Source of the DNA: Methanomassiliicoccaceae archaeon
Lineage (GTDB): Archaea; Thermoplasmatota; Thermoplasmata; Methanomassiliicoccales; UBA472
Assembly: GCA_963768775.1 (NCBI GenBank)
Contig: CAVYIY010000005.1
Coordinates: 159,028-223,027, forward strand
Length of the DNA stretch: 64,000 nt
Reading direction: 5' to 3'
The translations under genes and the position numbers were made by a program. Below the pieces are notes generated by a model. That model was not told where the DNA came from. It did not search any database and saw only the letters and a list, made by a program, of their open reading frames with translations. Below, piece after piece: positions 51,215 through 62,112 of this stretch (positions within the stretch are counted from its first letter, which is position 1; each line of letters opens with the position of its first letter).

Positions 51215-53413
51215 ATGGGACGCAAAGAAGAGAATATCAAAAAGGCTCAGGCCATCATGCGCATTCCCGCTCAGATACGCAACATAGGGACTGCGGCGCA
51301 TATCGATCACGGGAAGACCACCCTCAGCGACAACCTGATCGCCGGCGCAGGGATGATGTCAGAAGACCTAGCAGGCAAGCAGCTCATGCTCGACTTCGAT
51401 GAGCAGGAGCAGGCAAGAGGTATCACGATCAACGCGGCAAACGCTTCGATGGTCCATGTTTTCGAGGGCAAGGAGTATCTGATCAACCTTATCGATACCC
51501 CAGGTCACGTCGACTTCGGCGGGGACGTCACCCGAGCGATGAGAGCATTGGATGGCGTCATCATCCTAGTCTGCGCGGTCGAGGGCATCATGCCTCAGAC
51601 CGAGACCGTCATCCGCCAGGCTTTGAAGGAGCGAGTCAGGCCGGTCCTCTTCATCAATAAGGTCGACCGACTGATCAACGAGCTCAAGGTCACCCCGGAG
51701 CAGATGCAGCAGCGCTTCGTTCAGATCATCACAGAGGTCAACCGCAGGATAATGTCGCAAATGCCGGCCCCCCTGAATAAGGAGTGGCAGGTCAGCGTGC
51801 AGGACGGCACCGTCGCCCTTGGTTCAGCGTTCCATAACTGGGCAGTTAGCGCGCCGTACATGAAGAAGTCCAACACGTCGATGAGGGACGTGTACGAGCA
51901 CTGCAAGAACAACGACCAGAAGACTTTGGCCAAGAAATCGCCGGTGCACGAGGTATTGCTGGACATGGCGATCAAGCATGTCCCCAATCCCTTGGAGGCG
52001 CAGAAGATCCGTATCCCAGTCATTTGGAAGGGAGACTTGGAGAGCCCAATCGGGAAGGCTATGATGAACTGCGACCCGAACGGACCGACCACCCTGATGG
52101 TCACGAAGATCATCATGGACCCACATGCCGGTGAGGTCGCGGTCGGAAGGCTATTCTCAGGAAAGGTCGTCAAGGGAATGGAGATGTATATATCCGGCAT
52201 GACCAACACCAACAGGGTCCAGACCGTCGCGTTGAGCGTCGGTGCCGACCGCATCGCGGTCGAGGAGATGGACGCGGGCAATATCTGCGCCGTCGGTGGG
52301 CTGAAGGATGCCGTCGCCGGTTCTACCGTCACCACCATGAAGGACATGGAGTCCTTCGAGAAGATCACCCACTACTCCGAGCCGGTCGTTACGGTGGCGA
52401 TCGAGGCGAAGCACATGAAGGACTTGCCCAAGCTGGTCGAGGTCCTCAGAACGGTTGCCAAGGCCGATCCGTCGCTCAGTGTCCAGATCAACCAGGAAAC
52501 GGGCGAGAACCTATTGTCCGGAATGGGCGAGCTGCACCTCGAGATCACGATCTACAGGATAGTCAACGAGCATAAGGTCGAGATAAATACCTCGCCGCCA
52601 ATCGTCGTTTACCGAGAATGCGTGAAGCAGAAGGGCGGTCCGTTCGAGGGCAAGTCCCCGAACAAGCACAACAAGTTCTACATCGAGGTAGAGCCGTTGG
52701 AACAGGCGGTCTACGACGCCATCAAAGCGGGCGAGATCAAGACCGAAGGCAAGATCAAGGACCCGAAGGCCCTAGCCAAGCAATTGCAGGACCTCGGCAT
52801 GGATCGCGATGAGGCCCGCGGCATTGTGTCCTTCAAGGATACCAATGTCTTCATGGATATCACTAAAGGTATCCAGTATCTCAATGAGACGCTCGACCTA
52901 GCCAAACAGGCATTCGACGAGGCCATGACTGTCGGTCCATTGGCGCAGGAGAAATCGATGGGCATGAAGGTCAGATTGGTCGATGCCAAGCTCCACGAGG
53001 ATGGAGTCCATCGCGGTCCGGCGCAGGTCATCCCGGCAGTTCGTTCCGGTATCTACGGGGCGATGTGCCTTGGCGAGCGCGTCCTCATGGAACCGATCCA
53101 GAAGATCTTCATCAACGTTCCCCAGGATCTGATGGGTGACGCTGTAAGAGAGATTCAGGCACGACGCGGCGTCATCGAGGACATCAGCCAGGAGGGAGAG
53201 GCAGCGGTGGTCTCCGCGAAGGCTCCAGTGGCAGAGATGTTCGGGTTCGCGAGCGCGATCCGCGGTGCGACACAAGGCCGCGCCCTATGGTCGACCGAGA
53301 ACTCTGGGTTCGTAAGGGTGCCAACCGAGATTCAGACCAAGGTCGTGGCAGAGATCCGCAAACGCAAGGGACTCAATCCAGAGCCCTATGATGCAGCCTA
53401 TTATTCAGGCTGA
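51215..53413 (+). CDS. fusA: Elongation factor 2 (aEF-2)
   Basis: 732 aa with G motifs AHIDHGKTT, DTPGH and NKVD. The diphthamide-loop context is HEDGVHRGPAQ. Confidence 0.95.
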   Translation: MGRKEENIKKAQAIMRIPAQIRNIGTAAHIDHGKTTLSDNLIAGAGMMSEDLAGKQLMLDFDEQEQARGITINAANASMVHVFEGKEYLINLIDTPGHVDFGGDVTRAMRALDGVIILVCAVEGIMPQTETVIRQALKERVRPVLFINKVDRLINELKVTPEQMQQRFVQIITEVNRRIMSQMPAPLNKEWQVSVQDGTVALGSAFHNWAVSAPYMKKSNTSMRDVYEHCKNNDQKTLAKKSPVHEVLLDMAIKHVPNPLEAQKIRIPVIWKGDLESPIGKAMMNCDPNGPTTLMVTKIIMDPHAGEVAVGRLFSGKVVKGMEMYISGMTNTNRVQTVALSVGADRIAVEEMDAGNICAVGGLKDAVAGSTVTTMKDMESFEKITHYSEPVVTVAIEAKHMKDLPKLVEVLRTVAKADPSLSVQINQETGENLLSGMGELHLEITIYRIVNEHKVEINTSPPIVVYRECVKQKGGPFEGKSPNKHNKFYIEVEPLEQAVYDAIKAGEIKTEGKIKDPKALAKQLQDLGMDRDEARGIVSFKDTNVFMDITKGIQYLNETLDLAKQAFDEAMTVGPLAQEKSMGMKVRLVDAKLHEDGVHRGPAQVIPAVRSGIYGAMCLGERVLMEPIQKIFINVPQDLMGDAVREIQARRGVIEDISQEGEAAVVSAKAPVAEMFGFASAIRGATQGRALWSTENSGFVRVPTEIQTKVVAEIRKRKGLNPEPYDAAYYSG

Positions 53414-53480
53414 GGCGGAAAAACCGTTAAATATGAAATACGGTATGGAGAACTTAAATCGATAAATAGGAGGCTGGAAT

Positions 53481-54761
53481 ATGGCAGAGAAACCTCACTT
53501 GAACTTGGTGTTCATTGGTCATGTCGATCACGGAAAGTCAACTGCAGTTGGACGCTTGCTGAGCGACACTGGCACCATCGAACCCTATCTGATTGAGAAA
53601 TACAAAAAATTGGCAGAGGAGAAGGGCAAGGCTACCTTTGAATTCGCTTGGGTCATGGACTCTCTGAAGGAAGAGAGGGAACGCGGCGTCACTATCGATG
53701 TGTCCCATAAGCGGTTCAACAGCGACAAGTACTACTTCACAATCATTGATGCCCCGGGCCACCGTGACTTCGTGAAGAACATGATCACTGGTACCTCACA
53801 GGCAGATGCGGCCGTTCTGGTCGTCTCAGCTGTTGAGGGACCGCAGGCCCAGACCAAGGAGCATATCTTCCTGGCCAGGACCTTGGGCGTTACCCAGGTG
53901 ATCGTTGCGATCAACAAGATCGACGCTACCAAGCCAGCCTATGACCAGAAGCGCTTCGATGAGGTCAAGGAAGAGGTCACCAAGCTCTTGAAAGGCGTCG
54001 GCTACAAGATGGAGAAGGTGCAGATCATCCCCCTGTCCGCGTATAAGGGAGACAATGCCGTCAAGCCATCGCCCAACCTGCCATGGTACAAGGGCCCGAC
54101 ACTGCTCCAGTCTCTTGATATGCTGGAGGTTCCGCCTCAGGCGACCAACCTACCGCTCAGGCTGCCAATCCAGGACGTCTACACCATCACCGGTATCGGA
54201 ACCGTCCCGGTCGGAAGGGTCGAGTGCGGCATCTTAAAGCCGGACATGAAGGTCATCTTCATGCCGTCCAACAAGATCGGCGAAGTGAAGAGCATTGAGA
54301 TGCACCACGAGCAGATGCTAATGGCCAAACCTGGTGACAACGTCGGCTTCAACGTTCGCGGCCTCGCCAAGAACGACATCAAGCGCGGCGATGTGGCCGG
54401 ACCGGTCGATAACCCGCCGATGGTGGCCAAGACCTTCACTGCCCAGATAATGGTCCTCAATCACCCGTCGGTGATCACGGTTGGATACACACCTGTGTTC
54501 CACTGCCACACCGCACAGGTCGCATGCACCTTCATCGAGCTCCAGAAGAAGATGGACCCGAAGACGGGACAGGTCAAGGAAGAGAACCCACAGTTCCTGA
54601 AGGCAGGGGACGCGGCGATCGTGAAGATCCAGCCGACCAAGCCCCTGGTCATCGAGAAGGCAAAGGACTTCCCCCAGCTGGGAAGGTTCGCCATCCGTGA
54701 CATGGGCCAGACCGTCGCGGCAGGCATGTGCATCGATGTCGAGAAGAGGGACATGACCTAA
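53481..54761 (+). CDS. tuf: Elongation factor 1-alpha (aEF-1A)
   Basis: 426 aa with motifs [17 protein letters not shown] and NKID. Confidence 0.95.
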   Translation: MAEKPHLNLVFIGHVDHGKSTAVGRLLSDTGTIEPYLIEKYKKLAEEKGKATFEFAWVMDSLKEERERGVTIDVSHKRFNSDKYYFTIIDAPGHRDFVKNMITGTSQADAAVLVVSAVEGPQAQTKEHIFLARTLGVTQVIVAINKIDATKPAYDQKRFDEVKEEVTKLLKGVGYKMEKVQIIPLSAYKGDNAVKPSPNLPWYKGPTLLQSLDMLEVPPQATNLPLRLPIQDVYTITGIGTVPVGRVECGILKPDMKVIFMPSNKIGEVKSIEMHHEQMLMAKPGDNVGFNVRGLAKNDIKRGDVAGPVDNPPMVAKTFTAQIMVLNHPSVITVGYTPVFHCHTAQVACTFIELQKKMDPKTGQVKEENPQFLKAGDAAIVKIQPTKPLVIEKAKDFPQLGRFAIRDMGQTVAAGMCIDVEKRDMT

Positions 54762-54798
54762 ACCACTTGATAACTTCTTCATTTTTTGAGGCATCGAT

Positions 54799-55110
54799 AT
54801 GGCACAACGCGCACGGATTTCACTGAGCGGCACCGACCCGAAGAAGGTCGACAGTGTCTGCAGTCAGATCAAGTCTATCTCCCAGAGAACCGGAGTGGCC
54901 ATTCGTGGTCCGATCCCCCTGCCCACCAAGAAGCTGAAGGTGCCCTGCAGGAAGAGCCCCGATGGCGAGGGCTCGGAGACCTGGGACCGATGGGAGATGA
55001 GGATACACAAGCGCCTCATCGATCTGGATGCCGACGAACGCGCCCTCAGGCAACTGATGCGCATACAGGTTCCCGATGGCGTGAATATCGAGATCGTGTT
55101 GCGCTCGTAG
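54799..55110 (+). CDS. rps10: 30S ribosomal protein S10 (uS10)
   Basis: Sequence [46 protein letters not shown]. Confidence 0.9.
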   Translation: MAQRARISLSGTDPKKVDSVCSQIKSISQRTGVAIRGPIPLPTKKLKVPCRKSPDGEGSETWDRWEMRIHKRLIDLDADERALRQLMRIQVPDGVNIEIVLRS

Positions 55111-55255
55111 GCCAAACCTTCCTTCTCAAACCCCAACAAACCCAATCCAGCACTTCTGATTGCTTATCGTCTCATGTCCGCAAGGGTCGCGCCGCCTCCG
55201 GTTTCTCGCTGCGCAAAGATAATTGCATGGCACAGTGTTCCAGCATGGGATCAGC

Positions 55256-56905
55256 ATGCGGAGCGACGCGGTCAAGAAAGGAATCGAGAAGGCCCCCAGC
55301 AGGAGCCTGCTGCGAGCGACTGGACTGGATGACGAGGAGATGTCCAAGCCGTTCATCGGCATTGCCAATTCATGGAACAACATCATCCCCGGGCATCTGC
55401 ACCTCAATGAACTGGTGGAAGAGGTCAAGCAAGGGATAACCGAAGCGGGCGGCAGGCCTTTCATCTTCGGCGTGCCAGGCATATGCGATGGCATCGCTAT
55501 GGGGCATTCGGGGATGCGCTATTCGTTGGCATCCAGGGAGACGGTGTCGGATTGCGTCGAGCTCATGATCCAGGCGCATTGCTTGGACGGCTTCGTAGGT
55601 GTGACCAATTGCGACAAGATCACTCCTGGCATGCTGATGGCCGCCGGCAGGATGAACGTCCCCAGCATCATTCTGACAGGGGGACCGATGGAAGCAGGCC
55701 TGTCTTCTTCTGGCTCTCGGTTGGACTTGCAGAGCGTTTTCGAAGCGCTGGGTAGCTACGCGGCCGGCAAGGTCGACGAGAAGGCGGTCCGGGACATCGA
55801 GAGATGCGCCTGCCCAGGCGAGGGCGCCTGCGCCGGACTGTTCACCGCGAACTCCATGGCTTGCGTCACGGAGGCATTGGGCCTGAGCCTGGTCGGCTGC
55901 GGCACGAGCATGGCCAACAGCCGCAAGAAGCGAGTGATTGCGCGGAAAACCGGTAAAGCAATCGTCCAATTGGTAAAGAAGGACATCAAGCCCCGCGAGC
56001 TGGTGACAAAGGCGTCGTTCCTGAACGCGATCCGGGTAGATATGGCGATCGGCGGATCGACCAATACCGCTTTGCACATCCCGGCCATCGCCAAGGAATT
56101 CGATGTCGACATAGATCTAGAAATCTTCGATAAGATATCGCGAGAGGTTCCTCATCTCATAAGCATCAGACCCAGCGGACCATACGTAATGAGCGACTTC
56201 GAGAAGGCAGGCGGAGTGCCTGCGATATTGAAGAGGCTGAAGACCAAGATATCCGACGAGCGGACCGTCAGCGGAAAGACGCTGCATCGGATCGCGGATG
56301 AGGCCAAGGTAATGGACGATGAGGTCATTCGACCATTGGACAGACCATTCCACAAGGAAGGCGGGATAGCGGTCTTGTATGGTAATCTCGCTCCCAAAGG
56401 CAGCGTCGTGAAGCAAGCCGCAGTCAGCGAGAAGATGATGCGGTTCACAGGCAAAGCCAAAGTGTTCGATTCAGAGGATGGCGCCATGATAGCGATCAGG
56501 GGAAAGAAGGTCGTCTCAGGGGATGTTGTGGTCATCCGCTACGAAGGTCCGATGGGAGGGCCAGGCATGCCGGAGATGCTTTCTCCCACGAGCCTGATCG
56601 CAGGCATGGGCCTGTCGGATTCGGTGGCATTGATAACTGATGGCCGGTTCTCTGGGGCGACGAGAGGTCCCTGCATCGGCCATATCTCACCGGAGGCATT
56701 CGTGAAAGGGCCGATTTCCGCTGTGAGGAACGGTGACAAGATCCGCATCGATATTCCGGGGAGGAAGATCGAGCTCCTGGTCTCGCAGAAGGAATTGAAA
56801 GGCCGCCTTGATAAGGTCAAGGTCGTCGACAAGCATCCATCAGGAATGCTGCTCAAGTATCGGAAGCTGGTCAGCCAATCCTCAGAGGGAGCGATCTGCC
56901 GTTGA
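55256..56905 (+). CDS. ilvD: Dihydroxy-acid dehydratase
   Basis: The ATG is at 55256 (MRSDAVKKGIEKAPSRSLLRATG). Motifs are CDKITPGMLMAA and DGRFSGATRGPCIGH. Confidence 0.95.
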   Translation: MRSDAVKKGIEKAPSRSLLRATGLDDEEMSKPFIGIANSWNNIIPGHLHLNELVEEVKQGITEAGGRPFIFGVPGICDGIAMGHSGMRYSLASRETVSDCVELMIQAHCLDGFVGVTNCDKITPGMLMAAGRMNVPSIILTGGPMEAGLSSSGSRLDLQSVFEALGSYAAGKVDEKAVRDIERCACPGEGACAGLFTANSMACVTEALGLSLVGCGTSMANSRKKRVIARKTGKAIVQLVKKDIKPRELVTKASFLNAIRVDMAIGGSTNTALHIPAIAKEFDVDIDLEIFDKISREVPHLISIRPSGPYVMSDFEKAGGVPAILKRLKTKISDERTVSGKTLHRIADEAKVMDDEVIRPLDRPFHKEGGIAVLYGNLAPKGSVVKQAAVSEKMMRFTGKAKVFDSEDGAMIAIRGKKVVSGDVVVIRYEGPMGGPGMPEMLSPTSLIAGMGLSDSVALITDGRFSGATRGPCIGHISPEAFVKGPISAVRNGDKIRIDIPGRKIELLVSQKELKGRLDKVKVVDKHPSGMLLKYRKLVSQSSEGAICR

Positions 56906-57026
56906 AGCTGGGATGTTAACCAAGGCCCGACATCGAAACCGAAGAAGAATGGGTTGGCTAGATTCAGCACATCGAGCGCTTGCCACGAAACCTATTTAAT
57001 CGGCTGGGCGTTACAAGCACACCAGT

Positions 57027-57100
57027 GGGCCGGTAGATCAGCCCGGAAGATCGCCTGCTTTGCAAGCAGGAAGTCCGGGGTTCAAATCCCCGCCGGTCCA
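57027..57100 (+). tRNA. tRNA-Ala (anticodon UGC)
   Basis: The acceptor is GGGCCGG/CCGGTCC with a G3:U70 pair. The anticodon arm is CCTGC-TTTGCAA-GCAGG. The T arm is CGGGG-TTCAAAT-CCCCG. Confidence 0.9.
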
Positions 57101-57117
57101 CCTTCTTCCTATCTGGC

Positions 57118-58194
57118 TCATGCGTCAATAACCACCTTTTTTGACATATCGATCGGATTCTTCATCCAGGCGTCGCGGAGTTGTTTGCTGACCGATTCGT
57201 GCTCGATCTCTGCATAGAACCGCTGCGTCGTTGTTAGGCTCGTATGCCTCAGCTGCCGACTTACTGCAGGAAGCAGGGAGAGGTCTTCATTGACGGTCAT
57301 CGAGGCGCAGGTCGAGCGGAAGTCCTTCAAACGGAAGGAGACGCCGGAGATCTCTTCCACTTCGCCCTTGATGACCCTGAACGAGTTTGCTGAGAAGAAC
57401 TCGTCCCTGCCCCTCCAAGTGTTGGGGAACAGGGCAGAGGCCTTCTCGATGCCGATCTCGTTCAGATGCTCCTCTCTTTCGTTGAGATAGCGCATGAGGA
57501 GCGGGACCACTTCGGCCCTGACGATATCGACCTCCTCCTGAGCTCCCCACGATCCTTCGCCCTTCGGATGTCGTACGAAGAACCTCATCCTCGATAGCTT
57601 GAGGTCTTCGACATGGGCAAGGCGGAACTCCTTCGGCCTCAGCATGCAGCCCATCGCCAATGCCGTCATGCCCCGCGCTACCGCCCCGTGCCATCCTTCC
57701 ATCCCGCCCACTGTCGCGAAGATAGTCTCGAGGTCATCCTTTGGGATGACCCTGATCTTGCGATGTGCCTTCTTCGGAAGGTCGCATCCTCTTCGCTCCA
57801 TGTCCAGGAAAGCATAGTTGCCGCAGAAGGCGAAGAACCCCTTGAGGTACTGGATATGCTTCAGCTGGGTCTCCCCATTGAGTCCTTTCCTTCTCATCCA
57901 AGCAAGGAATTGCCGTACCTCCGGCTCGGTGATGTGTCGAGGATCCGACGTGCTGATCAGCCCGTTGGTCTTGAGGTCCTCTAACACATCCCCGATGTAC
58001 CGGAGCTTCCGTTCTTCTTCCCTGTATGTGCTGTCGGCCACTATGCCCACCCGTGTCCCCATGTAATAGGGGATAAGCGCGTGGCAAGGCCGCGCCCCTA
58101 GGTGCAGCCTTGCCACCTCCTTGTCGTCGCTGAGGCTCCGCGCCAATCGCTTGCGCGTTCGCGATCGCCTCCGGGATGAGCATCGGCGGGACAT
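57118..58194 (-). CDS. Tyrosine recombinase / phage-type integrase
   Basis: The catalytic-domain pattern is GCMLRPKEFRLAHVEDL (Arg I), LKDFRSTCAS, and LRHTSLTTTQRFY (RH...Y). Confidence 0.85.
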   Translation of the reverse strand: MSRRCSSRRRSRTRKRLARSLSDDKEVARLHLGARPCHALIPYYMGTRVGIVADSTYREEERKLRYIGDVLEDLKTNGLISTSDPRHITEPEVRQFLAWMRRKGLNGETQLKHIQYLKGFFAFCGNYAFLDMERRGCDLPKKAHRKIRVIPKDDLETIFATVGGMEGWHGAVARGMTALAMGCMLRPKEFRLAHVEDLKLSRMRFFVRHPKGEGSWGAQEEVDIVRAEVVPLLMRYLNEREEHLNEIGIEKASALFPNTWRGRDEFFSANSFRVIKGEVEEISGVSFRLKDFRSTCASMTVNEDLSLLPAVSRQLRHTSLTTTQRFYAEIEHESVSKQLRDAWMKNPIDMSKKVVIDA

Positions 58195-58205
58195 TTCTTA
58201 AGTCC

Positions 58206-59528
58206 TCACTTGGTCAAAAGTCGGTCTACGATCGCCGCTATGCCCGATTCTCTCATTTCTGTGAATGACTTTAAACTTCGTTCGATTTGCTGCTTGACCG
58301 TCTTTGCCAGCAATTCGCGGTTCGCGAAATTCGTGTCTAAAATAAACGTTTTAGAATTGTTTAGACTTAACGGCGTGTACTCGAAGGTTCGTGTCTCTAG
58401 GCCCGACATGTAGTCGGTGCGCTTTCGCGATGTAAGCAGGTTCTTCTTCTCAAGATCATGCGCGTAGACGTAGCAAGATTCGGCACTCATCGCCTCTCCC
58501 CATTTCTTCTCTGTCCGGGCGGAGAGCTCCACCTTCGTGAGCCATTCTTCCGGCTCGAACAGCTTCAAGAACCTCGTCAGATACTCCGGGGTGCTGGTCC
58601 GCTGCGCCTCCTCGTTCGCCTCGTAAATGGCCATCCCCGCCCGGATGTCGGCCATGGATGTCAGCACCAGAAGCGTCTCGTCGTCCTCGAATGTCGTGCT
58701 TTGGAACCGGTTGGCGTAGGCGATCGCAGATATGAGCGCGTCCAACATCGGGCGGCGATTCCTGCGCCCGTGCTCCGTCTCGCAGATGTGCCTACCGAAT
58801 GGATTCAAGACCAGCGGACGCTTGGGCTGGAGGTTGTCCAGGTCCATTATCTTCTTGATGATATGACGCGCTGCTGACACCGCCGGCGATTCATCACATC
58901 GTCGGCCGAAGGTCGATTGCTCCTGTTGCATCGTCTCGATCGCGTAGCCTTGCTCGTCCGTGTTCTCGTGATTCACCTTGAAGAAGCGGTTATGCAGTTG
59001 GTTGCCAGCATCCTCGACCAGCTCGTAGGTGTTCGTCCATACCACCGGCAGCCCCTCGATCGTCATCTCCCGGTACTTCTGATCCTCCACGGTCTTCAGG
59101 GTGAGCCGCTTCCGGTCGTTGGTGGTGGCCTTCTTGACGAACTGCCGTAACATTTCGCTCATGTCGTTGAGCTCGTCAATCATCACAATGCGGCCATCGT
59201 ATAGGCGCGGGTTCCGCTTCTCGCGGATCTCATAATACATCGCTTTTGGTGAGATCTCGGTGATGTCCTCGAATATGCTCGGAAACAGCACCATGCCCGT
59301 CTGCGTCTCCAGGAACGTCTTTCCGTGCTGCGATTCAGCCATCGTGAGCATGTGGAGCTTGGTGGGCAGTCTCGCGCTTATTCCCGAATATAGAAGCGAG
59401 TCCTTGACGTTCCTCTCCCCGGCCACGTTCTCATTAATAGCGTTGTCGACGTACTGCTTCCAGGTGCCACTCACAAGCGACTCGTCGGCTAGCTTGAGAA
59501 TGTCACCCATCGTCTCGGGAAGGTCCAT
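58206..59528 (-). CDS. P-loop NTPase, superfamily-3-helicase-like putative replication protein
   Basis: Walker A is AESQHGKT, Walker B is RIVMIDELND and motif C is like VVWTNT. The ATG at 59528 is preferred because it abuts the RHH stop; the ORF track extends to 59648. Confidence 0.55.
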   Translation of the reverse strand: MDLPETMGDILKLADESLVSGTWKQYVDNAINENVAGERNVKDSLLYSGISARLPTKLHMLTMAESQHGKTFLETQTGMVLFPSIFEDITEISPKAMYYEIREKRNPRLYDGRIVMIDELNDMSEMLRQFVKKATTNDRKRLTLKTVEDQKYREMTIEGLPVVWTNTYELVEDAGNQLHNRFFKVNHENTDEQGYAIETMQQEQSTFGRRCDESPAVSAARHIIKKIMDLDNLQPKRPLVLNPFGRHICETEHGRRNRRPMLDALISAIAYANRFQSTTFEDDETLLVLTSMADIRAGMAIYEANEEAQRTSTPEYLTRFLKLFEPEEWLTKVELSARTEKKWGEAMSAESCYVYAHDLEKKNLLTSRKRTDYMSGLETRTFEYTPLSLNNSKTFILDTNFANRELLAKTVKQQIERSLKSFTEMRESGIAAIVDRLLTK

Positions 59529-59529
59529 C

Positions 59530-59703
59530 TCAGTGATCACCGCACTTACCTGAGCGGAGTGGCGTCTCGAGTTCTTCGAGATGGTCTCTGACAGCGGCCT
59601 CAATGAAAGCTGAGCGCGAAACGGCTCCACAGTTGGTTTGGCGCTCACTATCGATCGTGTCCAAAAGCTCTTTTTTTATCGAAATCGCGATTCGCGTTTT
59701 CAT
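59530..59703 (-). CDS. Ribbon-helix-helix (CopG-like) DNA-binding protein
   Basis: The ATG is at 59703. MKTRIAISIKKELLDTIDSERQTNCGAVSRSAFIEAAVRDHLEEL follows the beta-alpha-alpha RHH pattern. Confidence 0.6.
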   Translation of the reverse strand: MKTRIAISIKKELLDTIDSERQTNCGAVSRSAFIEAAVRDHLEELETPLRSGKCGDH

Positions 59704-59801
59704 CGCAAAGGACATTAGTATTAAGGATAATATCTTTGAACAAACATACACTTCAAAGAAATGTGTAGGCAAGTTCAATTGTGGGAGGAGTGGAGGCTTG
59801 A

Positions 59802-60743
59802 GTGAAAGGAACGAATATCGGATGGAAAGAGGCAAAGAAATGGAATCTCCCAATAGGATGGTTATTGGAAGCTCAGGAATTGAAAACGAAAGACCTATTC
59901 GAGCACAATAGAAAGGCATTCAACGAACAATACATTGCGTATCGGCTCGAGATCAATAAGTTGTTTGGACTGGGCTCGATAATTAGGGATCCAAGATTCC
60001 AGGATTATGACAAGATTGTTAAGAGTGAAAGGGCTAAGGCAAACGGCCGAGAGTTGGTACGTATTCTAGTCGATGAGGCATCAAAGCCACCCTCAGCATA
60101 CGAGGAAAGTCGTAAAGGACGAGGTTCTCCTCATACTACGCTCGAAGCCCGAAGGCTCTGGCTCCAGGAATTCATCCCGAGAGCACATGTTCGTAGATTG
60201 CTAGTCGTCCCAAAGAATTGGAAGCCAGATCCAGAAGACCTGAAAGCCTTTAAAAAGAGGGAGGATTACATTGTTGCACTCAAAAAGATCGAATCAGGGG
60301 CTTTTGAGAATGACGAGAAGCGCCGAAACGCAATTGAAGGATTCCAAATAAGGTATGCTCTAGCTCGCGTCGAGAACCTCAAATTCATCTTCAAATATGA
60401 CCGCGAATTCGACCGAGTGATCGAAAAGCTGATTGAAGTCAGGATCATCGAGCGCAAAATGCCCAAAGATAGGAAGTTAAGTGGATTCACGTTCTATCGA
60501 GTGATTCCTCGCTCGCAAGAACAAGGTTCCACTGAATTTAGAAATCGACCATTGACTGAGCACGAACTCAAGGAAAATGTGCGAGTCACGTTAGCGAAGG
60601 AAGCCCTTTATTGGGCTGGCCTGGACGATTCGAATCATTATCAGATCTTGAAAATGGACAAATCCATCCTCAAGAGATTGCAGGATCACATCAAGCATCG
60701 TCTGGCCGAAATATTTGAGGTTAGCGAGTCAGAGATTGATTGA
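59802..60743 (+). CDS. Hypothetical protein (313 aa, basic, helical)
   Basis: GTG start with a GGAGG 5-6 nt upstream. It is followed by the perfect palindrome GACGAGCCGGCTCGTC at 60773-60788. No homology is recognised. Confidence 0.45.
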   Translation: MKGTNIGWKEAKKWNLPIGWLLEAQELKTKDLFEHNRKAFNEQYIAYRLEINKLFGLGSIIRDPRFQDYDKIVKSERAKANGRELVRILVDEASKPPSAYEESRKGRGSPHTTLEARRLWLQEFIPRAHVRRLLVVPKNWKPDPEDLKAFKKREDYIVALKKIESGAFENDEKRRNAIEGFQIRYALARVENLKFIFKYDREFDRVIEKLIEVRIIERKMPKDRKLSGFTFYRVIPRSQEQGSTEFRNRPLTEHELKENVRVTLAKEALYWAGLDDSNHYQILKMDKSILKRLQDHIKHRLAEIFEVSESEID

Positions 60744-60969
60744 GTGAGTGATTATTAGACGGCATATAATCTGACGAGCCGGCTCGTCGCTACATCAGGT
60801 GAGGCGATGGGATTATTCCATGCCTCTTGCCTATATGATCGATAATTATGAATGAACGCCAGTTAGCTGATATCCGCCAGGGGTCCGAATCGGTCACTCG
60901 ATGATCATTGCGGAATCCTCGCATAGTGTACTACACGAGTTGAGCTCAATGTCGGAAGGTTGAAAGGCA

Positions 60970-61425
60970 TTGCCGCTGATGATGTCGAGGAAGGACATGG
61001 TTGTCGGCGAGGACATCCTGATTGATAGGCTGCTGGGTGCGCTGGCCGCTTGGTATGGCAGAAAAAAGGACCAGAAGGAAGCGGCACGAAAGACCCTAGT
61101 GGACCTTCGAATCGCGGTCAAACAGATCAAACTCCACATGGACCTATCGAGATTGCCGGGGGATGGAATTAATTACGGCAAACTGAAACCTTTATTGCCG
61201 GGGGATGTCGAATATCTATTCAAGGCAATCGAGACACATAAGGACGACCTTGACTTGGATCTCACGAGCGCCTTATTCGCCTTCCAAGAATTTCTTGTCC
61301 ATTTTGTCCAGAAGACGAACCTCATGGGCATCGGCAATAACCTATCCACGGATGAGAAGTTAATTGAATCAGTGGCAATTAAGCTAGATGAGAAAATCTC
61401 GGATCTGCTGAAAGATCTAGGTTAG
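60970..61425 (+). CDS. Hypothetical protein (151 aa)
   Basis: Intact ORF inside the integrated element. Confidence 0.4.
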   Translation: MPLMMSRKDMVVGEDILIDRLLGALAAWYGRKKDQKEAARKTLVDLRIAVKQIKLHMDLSRLPGDGINYGKLKPLLPGDVEYLFKAIETHKDDLDLDLTSALFAFQEFLVHFVQKTNLMGIGNNLSTDEKLIESVAIKLDEKISDLLKDLG

Positions 61426-61470
61426 AAGAGTCGGATCGAAACAATCAATTTATTAATTTGCACGCGATTA

Positions 61471-62065
61471 TTGAATCCAGCTGAAAAGATGGTTAAGCCT
61501 ACAGATTTTGATTATTACTGCAAGTTAGTGGATATTTGGAGCCATCAGGACGAGTCTTTCTGGGCATCATATAACATTTTTCTAGTTATGCAAGGTATTC
61601 TTTTTATTGCCATCTTCCAAGCCAAGAGCATCGCATCGTTTGGGCAGAATCCTTACGAGTCTTATTGCGGTAGTTGGATTCCTCATTACGTTGGCTTGGC
61701 TCTTCACTGGCAATAGAAGAAAACTTGCAATCCGACTAACTAGTCGCCAGGCTCGATACCTGGAGAAGAAAATATTTTCGGAAGAACTTCAATGGGAGAA
61801 TGGAATACCGAAAGGTAGGGTTGAGGATTATTTTCCCATGTTCTTCAGCGGAAACAGAGCGGTGATGGCTAGCGCTGATTTCACCCTTGAACCTCATGAA
61901 GAGAAAATCAAGGAGCACTTCTCATCCACAAAGACTAAGCCAAAAACAATATCTGGGAAAATAGACCAGCACTTTTCCCATAATAGTGAATCAAACGTTA
62001 TGACGGTATGGGTCCCGTTTCTCTTTTTGTTCGCTTGGGCAATCCTCTTTCTTTGGCAGCTTTAG
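61471..62065 (+). pseudogene. Hypothetical membrane protein, either frameshifted near 61625-61650 or two overlapping ORFs
   Basis: ORFs 61471..61716 and 61607..62065 overlap. A hydrophobic helix continues across the frames (..GILFIAIFQ / ILTSLIAVVGFLITLAWLF). Confidence 0.3.
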
Positions 62066-62112
62066 CACTGTTGAAAATCGTCCTTGCTGATAAGCGACGT
62101 CGACGATCGCCG